Translations under genes and position numbers: made by a program
In this document: positions 19,475-29,937 of the stretch, piece by piece
Position numbering within the stretch: the stretch's first letter is position 1
How the letters are laid out: each line of letters starts with the position of its first letter
DNA from: Desulfomonilia bacterium
Lineage (GTDB): Bacteria > Desulfobacterota > Desulfomonilia > UBA1062
Direction of reading: 5' to 3'
DNA length: 64,000 bases
Assembly (NCBI GenBank): GCA_963664325.2
Contig: CAXXDQ010000008.1
Location: 64,001-128,000, forward strand
The notes under the pieces: generated by a model
Told to the model about the DNA's origin: nothing
The model's input: the letters and a program-made list of their open reading frames with translations, nothing else
Databases searched by the model: none

Positions 19475-20525
19475 GGGGTCAGCCCTTGACACGGGACAAA
19501 TTGCCCTCCAACACCTTCATTTCCTTCTGCAAATCCGGATTCGTGGTCAGCTCTTTTGCGAATCGCTGATAGGCTTTCGCTACCGCCGCTGTTCCCATAC
19601 CCGCCAATAAATCGCCAATCTCCCGGTTGGTGGCGCTTGTATGTTTTTTCAGAAGATAAAGGCATCTTCTCTTGATGTCATTTCGCTCCCTGTTTATCAC
19701 TGATTTCAATGTAAGTCCGTAATGAGAACATAATGCTGAAACAATCTCCTCCGGCAGCAGTTTTGCACGCAAAATCCTCCGGTTCGATATGTCTGCCTTT
19801 GTCAGTCGTATTGCTTCTATCTTCCTCAATACTTCTTTGATAAAATCCGAACCGCCAAGAATAATTCCTCCGTAGACTTTCTTAAAGGGGCTTTCGATTT
19901 CCCCTCCCAATGCACTCTCCACAAAGGACTTGTACTTCGTTTTGGCCGCATCCGGATTGGACTCAAGCATTGCCAGAATGGTTGTGGTGTCGACAAGACT
20001 GTCGCTATTCATCGTCGTATAGGCATTGTAGCTGCTGTATGGATAATCTTCCGGTTTTTCCACTATCTTCGCCCGAACGGGATTAAGGTGCAGATATCTG
20101 CTCAATTCAAGAAGGTAGCTGTCTCTTTCAACGACGATTGATTTGAACCGGCCTTGGAAAAGATGGCCACTGCGCTTTCTTTTAATATTGCCATACGTGG
20201 TGTAAGAACCGTTTATATAATGCATCACCTTGCTGAGATTCTTCTCCGGTGTCTCAATAAGCAGATGATAGTGGTTCGTCATAAGGACGTATCCCCGGAT
20301 AATGACCCCATATTTTTCCACGGCAGCCGCAAGGTATTCCTTGAATTTTTCGTAATCCCTTTGGCTAAAGAATATCTTCTGACGCTCATTTCCACGGGCT
20401 GTCACATGGAAAATTGCACCTTCGTATTCAATCCGTAACGGTCTTGCCACTTTTTCACCGCCAATCAATGGCCAGGAAATATGATGGTTTGTCTTGTGAA
20501 ATGTCCCATGTCAAGGGCTGACCCC
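19475..20525 (-). mobile_element. Y1/HUH (RAYT-like) transposase element with 24-bp terminal inverted repeats (1051 bp)
   Basis: GGGGTCAGCCCTTGACACGGGACA ... TGTCCCATGTCAAGGGCTGACCCC (1 mismatch). Confidence 0.85.
19479..20468 (-). CDS. Y1_Tnp HUH transposase (REP-associated tyrosine transposase-like) with C-terminal HTH
   Basis: ARPLRIEY, HVTARGN, MTNHYHLL (HUH), GHLFQGRF, YLHLNPVRA, YPYSSY; probable true start at GTG (VARPLR). Confidence 0.9.
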   Translation of the reverse strand: MIGGEKVARPLRIEYEGAIFHVTARGNERQKIFFSQRDYEKFKEYLAAAVEKYGVIIRGYVLMTNHYHLLIETPEKNLSKVMHYINGSYTTYGNIKRKRSGHLFQGRFKSIVVERDSYLLELSRYLHLNPVRAKIVEKPEDYPYSSYNAYTTMNSDSLVDTTTILAMLESNPDAAKTKYKSFVESALGGEIESPFKKVYGGIILGGSDFIKEVLRKIEAIRLTKADISNRRILRAKLLPEEIVSALCSHYGLTLKSVINRERNDIKRRCLYLLKKHTSATNREIGDLLAGMGTAAVAKAYQRFAKELTTNPDLQKEMKVLEGNLSRVKG

Positions 20526-20532
20526 TTTGCTT

Positions 20533-20833
20533 CCTTGCTGAGATTCTTCTCCCGGTGTCTCAATAAGCAGATCGATAGTTTCCGTCATAAGGACGTATCC
20601 CCGGATAATGACTCCATATTTCTTCACGGCAGCCCGCAAACGTATTCCTTGAATTTTTCGTAATCCCTTTGGCTAAAGAATATCTTCTGACGCTCATTTC
20701 CACGGGCTGTCACATGGAAAATTGCACCCTCATATTCAATCCGTAAGGGTCTTGCCACTTTTTCACCGCCAATCAATGGCCAGGAAATATGATGGTTTGT
20801 CTTGTGAAATGTCCCATGTCAAGGGCTGACCCC
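20533..20833 (-). repeat. Tandem partial duplicate of the transposase 5' end plus TIR
   Basis: Repeats ~20230-20525 with several indels; ends ...AAGGGCTGACCCC. Confidence 0.85.
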
Positions 20834-20859
20834 TTTGCTTCTGCATTTTCTGGTCTCTT

Positions 20860-22090
20860 TCGTGAGTTATCAATGTGATTATTCTTAATCGCTGCGCAAA
20901 TCAGGCAACAATCTCAAGTACGGGTTCTTACTCGGAAATTTGTCATCGGAAGTCATTATCCCAATCGTAGCCATACGGGATGGTGCAATGGGTACAGTAT
21001 ATTTCATCTATGCGGTGAGCCATCGTGGACACGGTGAACGTCTATCAGCCATGTTGACGACTTCGTTACCCCCAGCATACTCCCCATCCGGCGAAACGGC
21101 TGCACTGAATCGATCAGAGCCGCCATCGAGATACCCTGTCTGATGGTTTCCGTCCTGTGCGAATAGAGATAATATTTTCCCGCAAGGCCGGCTGCTCGTA
21201 AAAAAGAGACGTTGTGCCGTCTTTACTCAACAAGAGGCTTTTGATAGGAGGATGTCCCTTTTTCAAAAAGATGGTAGGGCCGCTGGGGTAAAACATCTCC
21301 ATGCCTTTCATGGTGAGAACGCCAACGAGGTAAACGTTATTCTTTCTCGCTTCTTCCCAGTATCAATCCTCTTTTGCTGGCATTAGGCGCTCATCGTTTC
21401 GGCATGACGTTAGTCCGGGGAAAGGCAAAGGGTCAGTTCTGCATAGTAGAGGAACTTCTCGTCATCGCCGGGGAATATAACAAACGCTAACCCATATAGG
21501 AAGTATTCATAGAATGCGTCAGACTGGGTTTCTTTTCGCCTGTTTCCAGATATCCACTTCCCAGGCGTCGTATCCCGATGCCGGTGTTCCACGGCCCTGT
21601 CTTCCTGATGCGGCTGGCACTTTCACATACAGGACCTTCTTCCCGGATTGTGAGAAAATGCCGGGTATAGAGCTTAGGGAAAGGGCTGGAGGTGAGTTTC
21701 CGGTAAAGTTTTTGCCATCTGTATCCATGACGGCAATCTGCATCTCGCATTAGATCGAAATTTTTTTCACCTAACGGGTATGGTACGGAAAAGACGTAAT
21801 TTTCGATCCCATCATAGGAATACTTTCGCCATGGTCCAGCGTTGCTCCTTTCGGCGGCGGCTGGTAGGCGTTGCCAGTTCTCCCGTTTGCAAGATCATAG
21901 ACCTGAATCTGGCAGTCTATAATCCCGGCAACGATCAAAAAACAAGTTTCTTACCATCGTGTGAAAAACTGAGATGATCAATGGTGATCTTTTATTTTAT
22001 CTGTCATGGCACAGTCGCACAACCTCCTATAGACATTGTTAAAATAGAGACGGGAAGAATAAAAAATAACAACAACAATTGTCTCGTCAT
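20860..22090 (-). pseudogene. TolB/PD40-like beta-propeller lipoprotein, heavily frameshifted
   Basis: MTRQLLLLFFILPVSILTMSIGGC lipobox at ATG 22090; fragments SFSHDGKKLVF, MQIAVMDTDGKN, FSQSGKKVLYVK; 3' end approximate. Confidence 0.6.
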
Positions 22091-22132
22091 TTGGCTGCGT
22101 GTCTGAAGTATCTGGGGCGGAAATAGCAATTT

Positions 22133-22153
22133 GGGGTCGTACCAAGTTAAGTA
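22133..22153 (+). repeat. Family-B element end GGGGTCGTACCAAGTTAAGTA
   Basis: Inverted match to 14173-14192. Confidence 0.7.
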
Positions 22154-22274
22154 GCTTAGATATCTCAGGTGATATTCCATGTTAACCCCCTGTTTTTATG
22201 CCCAAAATCATCATTTTTGGCGTCAAAATGAACATCTTCACAATGGCACGGCCATCTCCCAGCTCACTGGATCT

Positions 22275-22616
22275 TTATCCTCTCTTCATTGGCCGGCTGC
22301 GGGGCCGAGATATCGATAGAATGCCGTTGGCCGCTTCATAACGGCGGATGAGGTTGCCCAGCATGACGGCCATGCGCTTTGCCGTCTTCAACGATACGGC
22401 CATTTTGGCTTCTATGCGGACGGTTTTGGGATCTATGGATGAATTGCCGAACAGAAATACGACTGCTTCCGGCCCGAAGCCGATGTTGAAGACGCCCGCG
22501 TATTGCGTTTTCACGCCTTCCTCGATAAACCGGACCGGCGTTTGCCCCGGCCCGTCACCTTCCTGTCTTTCCGCTTTTTGCCTTTGCTTATCCTGTGAAT
22601 TGTCGTTTTGGTCCAT
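22275..22616 (-). CDS. DUF3467-like protein, copy 1
   Basis: YAGVFNIGFGPEAVVFLFG, SLKTAKRM; near-identical to 25047-25418 with a C-terminal frameshift. Confidence 0.65.
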   Translation of the reverse strand: MDQNDNSQDKQRQKAERQEGDGPGQTPVRFIEEGVKTQYAGVFNIGFGPEAVVFLFGNSSIDPKTVRIEAKMAVSLKTAKRMAVMLGNLIRRYEAANGILSISRPRSRPMKRG

Positions 22617-22973
22617 GATACCAAGCTCTCCCTCTTATTTTTTCACGTTTGGGTTGTCTCTGTAAGCATATCAGCCACTCGGATTGTGTTTATTTTTAAA
22701 GGACTTTTATTGTTTTTTCCGGGTAACGATTGTGACAAGAGCGTTAAAACAAATAAGGTATCATTTAACACTATGCCGAAAATGACATAATGAGTTTTTT
22801 ATGTCAAGGGAAAATTTCATCATTTTGACTCATTTAATATCAAAGGTATGTAATATTATAATTGATAAAATGTATTAAATATATTACCAATACCTTGACC
22901 TAGGTTTAAAACATCAGGATCAGATTGATAAGAATAGCAATTAATGTATTGCGGAATGCTTTGATTGGCTTTT

Positions 22974-23035
22974 TAACACGGCGCTGCTGCGGCCGGAGCC
23001 GAAAAGAAGCAGCGAGATCCTGGGGCGGATACCGG
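22974..23035 (+). repeat. 62-bp diverged copy of kduD internal sequence (11021-11082)
   Basis: TAACACGGCGCTGCTGCGGCCGGAGCCGAAAAGAAGCAGCGAGATCCTGGGGCGGATACCGG vs TAACACGGCGCCGCTGCGGGCGGACCCGAAGAGAAGCAGCGAGATCCTGGGCCGGATACCGG. Confidence 0.85.
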
Positions 23036-23308
23036 ATGAGCAAAGAACGGATATGTACGCAAAATGAGTTGACGGCAAGTCTTGCCGCAATTTCGGCACT
23101 ATCGGACAAGACAAAGATGCTCAATGCCATGGTACTAGGCATTACCTAATATTTTTTGGCAAAAAATGGGGCCTTTGACAAAAATACGTCAGCGTCGTAC
23201 GTGTTTTTGAATTTCGTATTGAATTCGTATAGATGAAGCTTTTCACATGGGAAAATTTTTTTTGCCTGTTTTTCCGCCAATAATAGCAGGTCAGTATGAG
23301 GTCGTTTC

Positions 23309-24777
23309 CAATGTCATTGACTTAACGAATGGGTTTATAGGCGTAATAGAACTCCCTTTGGATTTTATGGTCCCTTGGGAAAGTCCTCCCCGTCCTGACG
23401 GGTTCTTTAGAGCGAACAAATAAGCTTAGTAATTTATTTATTAAATCCAGAAGGTTGTGATGTTTAAAGAGGAGGACGATGGTGTCTTTCATTTTGGACA
23501 GGGCCTGAGTGACATTGATTTTGTAAGGATACTTTTTGGCATCGACTTGCTGATCGATGATATCCTGTGCCGGGAGAGTGAGAGCAGCCGTTATGTTCAT
23601 GGCAAACATTTTGGCGTGAAAATCCTGGTAAATGGATTCGATGGTTTTACCGGAGAAATTTTCAATTTGGACACGTTGCTTTGCCGTTTTAAAGTTTTCT
23701 TCAGCCACCCAGCGCAGGTGGTAGAGTTTTTTGAAAATACCATGAGGATAGCGCTTCGTGTCCATAAGTGAAGTGACCAGGATTTCGGTTTTTCCACCTT
23801 TGAGTTTCACCCTGATGGCGCGTACCTGAAAGGGAACGATGGAGAGATTCAATTCATTACATTTTTTGCGGGATACCAAGCTTGGATACAGGGTGATGAT
23901 CTGTTCTTTATCCTGGGATAAAAAGAAGTTTCTGACCGAATCCCAATGAGCCTCCTTAATCCTGCTACAGAAATGCCCACCTTTGGCAAGAATCAGGGCG
24001 AAAAACCAGAATGCCGGGTAGCCTCTATCCAAAAGAACCAGGTCCCCTGCTCTGAACTGCTCTGCATGTGAAATGGCCAGTGATCTTTCTCCTTGCTCTT
24101 TGGGACAGATAAGAGCATCAACGACAAGACCGTTTAAGACATCATGTAGCTGAGAGATTCTGGCGACAGGGCATTCACCTCCCCTGTTTGAATGCCACAC
24201 GCCGAAATGATCGGCAATCTTCCTGATTCTGGGTATTCGGACCGTCGAGCCATCTATGGCCATCAAGCGAAACCCTTTCCATTTCCGACAGGAAAAATGT
24301 TCATAGAAAAAGGAGATCAACTTCCGGTTCAGCGCGATAAAAGCTTGATGGCGAAGTTTTCTTCGGGCTTTGGTGAAGGCGCTTTTCGTGACCCCTCTTT
24401 CAGCAGTGTCTTTTTCATGCATGATCTTGAAAAAATAATCCAATTCATCCTGAATGGAGCCCTTGATGAGATTAATGAGGAAAAAGATGATGGTGTGGAA
24501 TGGAAGAATCCGTTGTCGGACAAAATCATTAGGACAGCGGCGGAATTGATCTAAAAAAGTTTGGGAAGTGATAATATTTTTAAGGAATTCAATAAGATTG
24601 GCACAATTTTTCAAACGCAGGTTCCATGCCACCTTGACCGTTTGTTTGAAGAATTTTTGACATTATTTTCTCCCTCCCGGAATTATTTTGCCTTCCATCA
24701 AAACCATGGCAAATATATCATAACTACATGTATTTGCAAGCTAAATAAACAATTTATCCCTTAAGTCAATGGCATTG
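23309..24777 (-). mobile_element. IS4-family insertion sequence, copy 2 (1469 bp)
   Basis: Same TIRs and same TSD AGGTCGTTTC (23299-23308, 24778-24787). Confidence 0.92.
23322..24632 (-). CDS. IS4-family DDE transposase
   Basis: 436 aa, 8 visible substitutions versus copy 1. Confidence 0.92.
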   Translation of the reverse strand: MAWNLRLKNCANLIEFLKNIITSQTFLDQFRRCPNDFVRQRILPFHTIIFFLINLIKGSIQDELDYFFKIMHEKDTAERGVTKSAFTKARRKLRHQAFIALNRKLISFFYEHFSCRKWKGFRLMAIDGSTVRIPRIRKIADHFGVWHSNRGGECPVARISQLHDVLNGLVVDALICPKEQGERSLAISHAEQFRAGDLVLLDRGYPAFWFFALILAKGGHFCSRIKEAHWDSVRNFFLSQDKEQIITLYPSLVSRKKCNELNLSIVPFQVRAIRVKLKGGKTEILVTSLMDTKRYPHGIFKKLYHLRWVAEENFKTAKQRVQIENFSGKTIESIYQDFHAKMFAMNITAALTLPAQDIIDQQVDAKKYPYKINVTQALSKMKDTIVLLFKHHNLLDLINKLLSLFVRSKEPVRTGRTFPRDHKIQREFYYAYKPIR

Positions 24778-24955
24778 AGGTCGTTTCCAAGGTCATGGAG
24801 TTAAGGATGATTCCTCTCATGTCCTCCGCCGGCGGCGGATATGAGAGGAATGCCTTCAGTTAATCGCATGAAGGTGATCTCCGGGCATTACTTTGGCCCT
24901 GCCTTCATCCCCCCATTATGCGCATCATCGCAATCCAGCCACATACTGAAACAAC

Positions 24956-25013
24956 GGGGTCACCCCTTGACACGGGACATTATGCCCTCCAACACCTCCA
25001 CCTTCTGCAATCC
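24956..25013 (+). repeat. Diverged family-A end fragment
   Basis: GGGGTCACCCCTTGACACGGGACATTATGCCCTCCAACACC, preceded by TGAAACA as at 14348. Confidence 0.85.
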
Positions 25014-25046
25014 TGTATCCGTAGTTTTGCAATGTCGCTTTCCCGC

Positions 25047-25418
25047 TCACTGGATCTTTATCCTCTCTTCATTTGCGGGCTGCGGGGCCGAGATATCGAT
25101 GGTGCCGTTGGCCGCTTCATAACGGCGGATGAGGTTGCCCAGCATGACGGCCATGCGCTTTGCCGTCTTCAACGATACGGCCATTTTGGATTCTATCTGC
25201 ACAGTCCTGGGGTCCAGGGATGAATTCCCGAAGATAAACAGCACCGCATCCGGTCCGAAGCCGATGTTGAAGACCCCGGCATACTGCGTCTTGACGCCTT
25301 CTTCGATAAACCGGACCGGCTTTTGCCATTGCCCCAGTCCGTCATCTTCGTGTCTTGCCGCTTTTTGCTTCTGCTTGTCTTGGGCCCTCTTTTCTATATA
25401 AAATAACGGCAGCCGCAT
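25047..25418 (-). CDS. DUF3467-like protein, copy 2
   Basis: YAGVFNIGFGPDAVLFIFG; start uncertain. Confidence 0.65.
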   Translation of the reverse strand: MRLPLFYIEKRAQDKQKQKAARHEDDGLGQWQKPVRFIEEGVKTQYAGVFNIGFGPDAVLFIFGNSSLDPRTVQIESKMAVSLKTAKRMAVMLGNLIRRYEAANGTIDISAPQPANEERIKIQ

Positions 25419-25444
25419 CAGCTGAATTCAGGGCATAAATTTGA

Positions 25445-25473
25445 TTGACAATCCTACCGGTGCAACCTATAGG
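25445..25473 (+). promoter_or_regulatory. sigma70-like promoter
   Basis: TTGACA-17 bp-TATAGG upstream of the carbamoyltransferase. Confidence 0.45.
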
Positions 25474-25489
25474 AGGACCAAGAACCTGA

Positions 25490-27370
<1,881 letters not shown>

Positions 27371-27371
27371 C

Positions 27372-28407
27372 ATGAAAAAGGCTATTGCCGTCATATCCTT
27401 CAATATCCTGATGATTATTCTGATCCTGGCCCTGTTTGAGGGGCGCCATGTATTTCCTTGTCCGCCATCCCGGCATCGTACAGAAATGTCCCAAGGGAAT
27501 ACGGAACAGTATCGGCTATCTGTATGCAACAGGCGAAAGGCGGGTCATTCAATTTATGCCGGATTGTGCCCGTTATGACAGTACTCTCGGCTATACGCTT
27601 AAGCCGGGCAGTTGCCGCTTTGCCGCAACGGAATTCGGCAATGCCTACCATATCAACCCGAAAGGCCTGAGGGATGACGATGCTTCGCTGTCCCATCCCG
27701 ATGTGATTGTCACCGGCGATTCCTATGCCATGGGCTGGGGTGTGGAGCAAGATGAAACCTTCGCTGCCGTTCTGGAGAGAAAGAGCGGCCTCAAGGTCCT
27801 GAATGCGGGTATCGCCTCCTATGGAACGGCCAGGGAAATGCTCATGCTCGGTCGCCTGGACACAACGCATCTGAAATCTTTAATCATCCAGTATTGCGAA
27901 AATGACGAGGACGAGAACAGAGCCTTCCTCCAGCAGGGGAACCGCCTGCAAACCATGGGACCCGACGAGTACCGGCAGCGGGTGGTACAAAATATGGAGG
28001 ATAAGCACTACTACGCAGGGAAGTATCTCATCTTCAAATGGGACAAGAAATGGCGGGAAATCAGAGCGCCCAAAGCAGACAAAAAGACGCCGGGGCCGGA
28101 TGGAAATCCTGATGATGTGGATCTGTTCCTCAACGCGCTCCTTCACAGCCCCGTGGATCTGTCAAAAACGCGCATTATCGTCCTGGAGGCTGTCGGGAAG
28201 GACGATTTCGATCGGACGTTTGTCCGCCGGCTCATGGAAAAAATCAAGACCGGCCAATATCCCCCCCACATCAAAAACATGATGACGCTGGATACGACCA
28301 AGTTTTTAACAAGAGACCATTACTACGTTCTGGACGATCATTGGCATCGTGGGGGCCATGAAGCTATTGCCGATGCGCTCTTGAAACTTATGCAGGAAGT
28401 GCGTTAA
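27372..28407 (+). CDS. SGNH/GDSL hydrolase-like membrane-anchored protein, frameshift near 27445
   Basis: GDSYAMG, LNAG, C-terminal DDHWHRGGH. Confidence 0.75.
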
Positions 28408-28503
28408 AGAAATGGATGAACCTGCCAGGGTTGAAGAGATAAAGAATCAGTGATAATGAACTCCCATAAAGTCATCATGCATTAGGAAGGAAAACAACCG
28501 GCT

Positions 28504-28650
28504 ATGGAATTGCTTTTGGACCTCTGGAATTTTTTGAAGGAACGCAAGAAATGGTGGCTGCTGCCCATGATCGTCATGCTCCTGCTCATCGGGCTGCTGA
28601 TCTTTTCGAGTTCGTCGGCCATCGCGCCGTTTATCTATACGTTATTTTGA
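28504..28650 (+). CDS. DUF5989/SxtK-like small membrane protein (48 aa), not in the ORF track
   Basis: MELLLDLWNFLKERKKWWLLPMIVMLLLIGLLIFSSSSAIAPFIYTLF. Confidence 0.85.
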   Translation: MELLLDLWNFLKERKKWWLLPMIVMLLLIGLLIFSSSSAIAPFIYTLF

Positions 28651-28651
28651 T

Positions 28652-29017
28652 ATGACAAAACTGGAAACCTCCAAGACCTTAACGGTTCTTTGCCTGGCCC
28701 TGCTTATCGCCCAGGCCCTGTTCGATACGAAGTGGCTTCTCTGGCTGGCCATTGCCCTGACTTTGGGCAACGCCTGCGACAGCCGGATTACAACATCTAT
28801 TGCCGGATATTGGATGCGATTTGCCGCCTTTATCGGAAACATCAATTCCAAAATCATCCTTTTTCTCCTGTTTTACCTGGTTTTGACGCCCATCGCCTTT
28901 CTCTACAGGATCTTTAACCGGGACCAGGTGGAGCATTTCCGTAAAAACCGGCAGCAAACCTATTTTGAAGATATCAAAAAAAACTACGGACGGAAGGACT
29001 TCGAAAATTTATGGTAG
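28652..29017 (+). CDS. SxtJ-family membrane protein
   Basis: WMRFAAFIGNINSKIILFLLFYLVLTPI motif. Confidence 0.8.
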   Translation: MTKLETSKTLTVLCLALLIAQALFDTKWLLWLAIALTLGNACDSRITTSIAGYWMRFAAFIGNINSKIILFLLFYLVLTPIAFLYRIFNRDQVEHFRKNRQQTYFEDIKKNYGRKDFENLW

Positions 29018-29937
29018 TTCCCGGCGAATTTGACAAATGGATGGCCGAACGGTCTTTTCATATGCAAAAGCTGATCATCTCGGGCATCGATAATCAGCCT
29101 GTTCTGAGCATCAACAAACCGGAAATGGCCCAGGAGGAATACTGCCTTTTCCACAGACGTGTTGCCGATGGCGACACCTATCTGGATCGCTTGCACCAAC
29201 GGATCACTGCGGCAATAGGAACCAGGGAGGCCTTCCCGGTTGTGCGATTTGCGGACGGAGAATATGCCTTTTATTTCGAAAGCCTGGCTTGTAATGGCCT
29301 CTACCGGCAGGCCGAATCGGTTCAGCACATTAAAAATGCCCTGCCGTTTCATATTGAAGACCTGAAGACATTGACCGCCTCCGGTCTTATTGCGCCGCTC
29401 GTCTTTCCGGGAAACGTGGCGCCCAGGAAAGCGGGTGTTTTCTCTTTCCTGAAAAATTGGAAAAAAGAGCCCTCGGCCTCTACATTTCTGACCTTTCTCG
29501 ACCGGCACGGCATATCCCTCACTGGGGAGAACTATCTGCCTTTTTATGCTGTTTACGCATACCTGGCCTCCAGTCGCTTTGCCCGCGCCGTCGATGGCAA
29601 GAAGATATGCATCCTGAATTCCGAAACGAATGCCCAAGCCGTGAAGACCTGGTTTGAAGCCTTTTCCAGCCATCCGGATCTTACTTTTGCCGACCTGCCC
29701 GCAGAATATGTGGCCACCCAATGGTTGTCACAGCGAAAGAACGTGCTGCGAAATATCCCGCGGGATACGGATCTCTGCATTGTCGGCGCCGGAATCGGCG
29801 CCCTGCCGGTCTGTGTGGATGTGTCGAAAGAATTGTCCATCCCGGCGGTGGATGCAGGTCATGCGCTCAATATGATGAACGACCGAGTAGATAAGTCCAA
29901 CGGGGCCAGGCTGTACAGCATATGGAAGACCCCCTGA
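29011..29937 (+). CDS. Putative GT-D fold (DUF1792-like) glycosyltransferase
   Basis: VVRFADGE near the N-terminus; IVGAG and AVDAGH near the C-terminus. Confidence 0.5.
   Translation: MVVPGEFDKWMAERSFHMQKLIISGIDNQPVLSINKPEMAQEEYCLFHRRVADGDTYLDRLHQRITAAIGTREAFPVVRFADGEYAFYFESLACNGLYRQAESVQHIKNALPFHIEDLKTLTASGLIAPLVFPGNVAPRKAGVFSFLKNWKKEPSASTFLTFLDRHGISLTGENYLPFYAVYAYLASSRFARAVDGKKICILNSETNAQAVKTWFEAFSSHPDLTFADLPAEYVATQWLSQRKNVLRNIPRDTDLCIVGAGIGALPVCVDVSKELSIPAVDAGHALNMMNDRVDKSNGARLYSIWKTP

Noticed and set aside
20533-20833. Second functional transposase gene
   Set aside because: Only a ~300-bp 5' fragment with indels; it may even be an assembly duplication.
11388-25418. Classical integron or CALIN
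   Set aside because: No IntI tyrosine recombinase, and no recognisable attC (RYYYAAC...GTTRRRY) pairs at the module boundaries.
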